From contig JABIGF010000028.1 in NCBI GenBank assembly GCA_018650285.1, forward strand, positions 68,359-132,358: a stretch of DNA of 64,000 nucleotides, given 5' to 3'. The notes below the pieces were generated by a model. It did not search any database. It was not told the origin of the DNA and was given only the letters and a program-made list of their open reading frames with translations. The position numbers were made by a program, and so were the translations under genes. This stretch comes from Methanobacteriota archaeon. Lineage in GTDB: Archaea; Thermoplasmatota; Poseidoniia; Poseidoniales; Thalassarchaeaceae. This document shows, in pieces, positions 61,753 through 64,000 of the stretch (the stretch's first letter is position 1; the number at the start of each line of letters is the position of its first letter).

Positions 61753-62397
61753 ATGGTGAAAGGTCGCCGAGTCCACTTGGCTAGTGCTTCATCACGTCGT
61801 TTCGCCCTGTTAAAAAGCAGGTTTGAGGGTGAATCTGTTGAATTTTCTGCATCCGGATTAATTGCAGAAGAATCTCAGCCTTCAAATGGCTTAGATGTTA
61901 GGAGTCAAGTTGCAAGCATCTTGGCTTCGAAAATTGAAAACGCTCAGGCAGAGTTTACAATTGTCCAAAATGCGGGCAAGCAAATCCCTGATTACATCAT
62001 TGTTGCAGATACACTTGTTGAAGATCCAGATGACCCAACAGTTTCACTTGGTCAACCCGCTGATAAAATCGGTGCGGCGGCGATGTTACTACGGCTGACT
62101 GGCCGCCGTCATAATGTCTGGTCTGGGACCGCTGTAATCAGCAAATTATCTGTTGGTTGGGAGGTGAAATCTGCCGTTGAATATGCAACGGTTGAAATCA
62201 AACAGTTGGCTGATAGTGATTTTGCTGAATTACTTGAATCAGATAGTTGGGTTGGAAAAGCAGGTGCTTATGATTTAGCAGGAGAAATGAGGCAATTTGC
62301 TGACCTTTATGCTGGCTCAGAAATGTGCGTGCTTGGATTTGCCCCTTCAATCATCGAGGATTTAATTCAACGATTATCTAATGATGTGAAAAAATAG
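61753..62397 (+). CDS. maf: Maf-like nucleoside-triphosphate pyrophosphatase
   Basis: It has VHLASASSRRFALL, IIVADTLV and WVGKAGAYDLAGE (the Maf GKAGAYGIQ-type motif). Confidence 0.85.
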   Translation: MVKGRRVHLASASSRRFALLKSRFEGESVEFSASGLIAEESQPSNGLDVRSQVASILASKIENAQAEFTIVQNAGKQIPDYIIVADTLVEDPDDPTVSLGQPADKIGAAAMLLRLTGRRHNVWSGTAVISKLSVGWEVKSAVEYATVEIKQLADSDFAELLESDSWVGKAGAYDLAGEMRQFADLYAGSEMCVLGFAPSIIEDLIQRLSNDVKK

Positions 62398-62406
62398 TAT
62401 TGAATT

Positions 62407-63939
62407 CTATTCTTCTTCAATAGAAACAATATCATCTTCTGGCATTTTCAATTTGACAATGATGGATGCCAATAATGCTATTACTGCTGCAATAATACAA
62501 GCACCAACCATTCCCTCAATGAAAGATTCTCTTGCCGATGCAATCAACATCGCCCCTTCTGAATTTCCCGCTGCCAGCATTTGTTGACCAATAGTCATCG
62601 CTGCAGGAAATGATTCCTGAATCATCGATGATTGTGCAGATGCTGATGCGGGGATGACAATTGTTGATTGGTAAATTTCGTTTAGTACACTACCACCGAT
62701 TGCTATTCCTAGAGCGCCACCTACTTCTCGGCTTGAATCATTTGTTGCACTGCCAACACCCGCTTTGGATTCAGGAATGGAGTCCATTACTGCTGTTGTT
62801 GAAGGTGCCATGGTTAATCCAATTCCTAGGCCTAGGAGGACAAACGTGGCAGCAATTTGCGCATAACTGGTATCAATGTCAACTAGGGTAAAGAGACCCA
62901 ATCCCAATGCTACAAGAATTAAGCCAGTCGCTATGACATTTGGTCGTCCAAACTTAGCGACCAACCGATCGCTATTGGCTGCCGCTGGCATCAAACCCAG
63001 TGGCAATGGGAAGAAGCGGATGGCTGCGGATAAAGGTGAATGTCCTCGTACAAGTTGGAAGTGTAGCATTTGCATAAACATGAAAGAGAACATGACAAAG
63101 AATGCCATTGAAATGGCGAGCAAGCCAATTGTAAAATTCTTGTTTTTGAAGAATTCCAGGGGCAATAGGGGGTATTCAGTTTTATTTTGCCAATAGATAA
63201 ACAAGAAAATAGCAACAAGGAAGGTGGCAAAAGAAGCAATTACTCGATAGTCTGTCCAACCTAGGCTGGGCCCCTCAATAATTCCATACAGAAGTGAGCC
63301 AAGGACAAGTATTGACAAAATTGCTCCACCACCATCAAGTGGGCGCCCTTCTTCATCTTTAGAACGAGGTACAATAATTGCGCCTAAAATCAAGGCGAGG
63401 ATAATTACTGGGACATTAATCAAGAATGCCATTTCCCAATTGTAATTTTCAACAGCCCAACCACCTACAAGTAGCCCGATAGGTGCGCCTATCCCTGCCA
63501 TTGCAGCCCAAATACCAATGGCTTTTCCACGTTCACTAGATGGGAACACCACCAATACTACGGATAATGTGGAGGGCATTACCAATGCTGCACCTAGCCC
63601 CATAATTGCTCGTGCGAGGATAACATCTGTGGAGGAATCAGCAAAAAATGCAGTCCATGCAGATGCTGCACAGACAATCACCAAACCAACTTGTAATGCG
63701 CCTTTACGGCCAAATCGGTCTCCAAGAGCGCCCATGACTAGAAGAGTTCCACCGAAGACAAGTGCGTATGCATCCATAATCCATTGTAATTCAGAATTAT
63801 CAGCCCCAAGAGAAGTTGATAGATTGGGAAGTGCTACATTCAGCGTGACATTGTTTAGCATTACGATGACAAGACTCAAACTCATCACTCCAAGAATCAA
63901 CCATCGGTTGTCAGGGTATTGAGATTCAGAATTGTTCAT
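62407..63939 (-). CDS. MFS drug/H+ antiporter, 14-TM DHA2 (EmrB/QacA) family
   Basis: It has 14 predicted TM helices, the motif-A-like GALGDRFGRKG, and the size and layout typical of DHA2. Confidence 0.85.
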   Translation of the reverse strand: MNNSESQYPDNRWLILGVMSLSLVIVMLNNVTLNVALPNLSTSLGADNSELQWIMDAYALVFGGTLLVMGALGDRFGRKGALQVGLVIVCAASAWTAFFADSSTDVILARAIMGLGAALVMPSTLSVVLVVFPSSERGKAIGIWAAMAGIGAPIGLLVGGWAVENYNWEMAFLINVPVIILALILGAIIVPRSKDEEGRPLDGGGAILSILVLGSLLYGIIEGPSLGWTDYRVIASFATFLVAIFLFIYWQNKTEYPLLPLEFFKNKNFTIGLLAISMAFFVMFSFMFMQMLHFQLVRGHSPLSAAIRFFPLPLGLMPAAANSDRLVAKFGRPNVIATGLILVALGLGLFTLVDIDTSYAQIAATFVLLGLGIGLTMAPSTTAVMDSIPESKAGVGSATNDSSREVGGALGIAIGGSVLNEIYQSTIVIPASASAQSSMIQESFPAAMTIGQQMLAAGNSEGAMLIASARESFIEGMVGACIIAAVIALLASIIVKLKMPEDDIVSIEEE

Positions 63940-64000
63940 GATTCCATTCGGTTAAAATTGGTTTATTATTATTCGTTGTATTCAATCTTCTGATTATCAG

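Noticed and set aside
61692-61776. An apparent 30-nt divergent overlap of the KaiC-like and maf coding regions
   Set aside because: It is most simply a start-codon artefact. An internal GTG at 61692 with a strong GGGAGGGGTGGGG SD gives a typical KaiC/RadA N-terminus (DGAIERIPT...), and maf has an ATG at 61753. No real overlap is needed.

Overview
This 64-kb window is gene-dense, with about 55 protein genes, one tRNA and mostly very short or overlapping gene junctions. I found no rRNA, CRISPR array, transposase or integrase. The information-processing genes are archaeal: PCNA, TFS, Nop5-fibrillarin, NMD3, a Csl4 exosome cap and tRNA-Gly(UCC). Translation signals include GGAGGTGA-type Shine-Dalgarno (SD) sites and apparent leaderless starts. 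They sit among giant surface proteins (a thrombospondin type-3 (TSP3) repeat protein and a 1626-aa subtilase), MFS and ABC transporters, and many bacterial-type genes (Fpg, SMUG1-type UDG, RmuC, Maf, Ccm, IcmF, an acyl-CoA ligase, an M23 peptidase). This mix suggests a planktonic marine euryarchaeote such as Marine Group II / Thermoplasmatota, but that is inference only. The main candidate system is an operon at about 0.95-10.9 kb. It encodes a FabI enoyl-ACP reductase, a 2813-aa KS-AT-ACP'-KS-ACP-ACP-KR-DH megasynthase that resembles PUFA synthase subunit PfaA, and an Sfp-type phosphopantetheinyl transferase (PPTase). Together these form a self-contained ACP-dependent fatty-acid/polyketide machine in an archaeal context. 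Both of its tandem carrier domains carry Thr (GIDT) where the phosphopantetheine Ser is expected. Secondary points of interest are a Csl4 fused to a zinc ribbon, an RRM and RGG boxes; a radical-SAM/HhH gene translationally coupled to a SMUG1-type glycosylase; a ccm(AB)-C-D cluster with an untracked 54-aa CcmD ORF; and a small membrane ORF wedged between nop5 and flpA. All functional calls come from motif recognition by eye. No database search was run.
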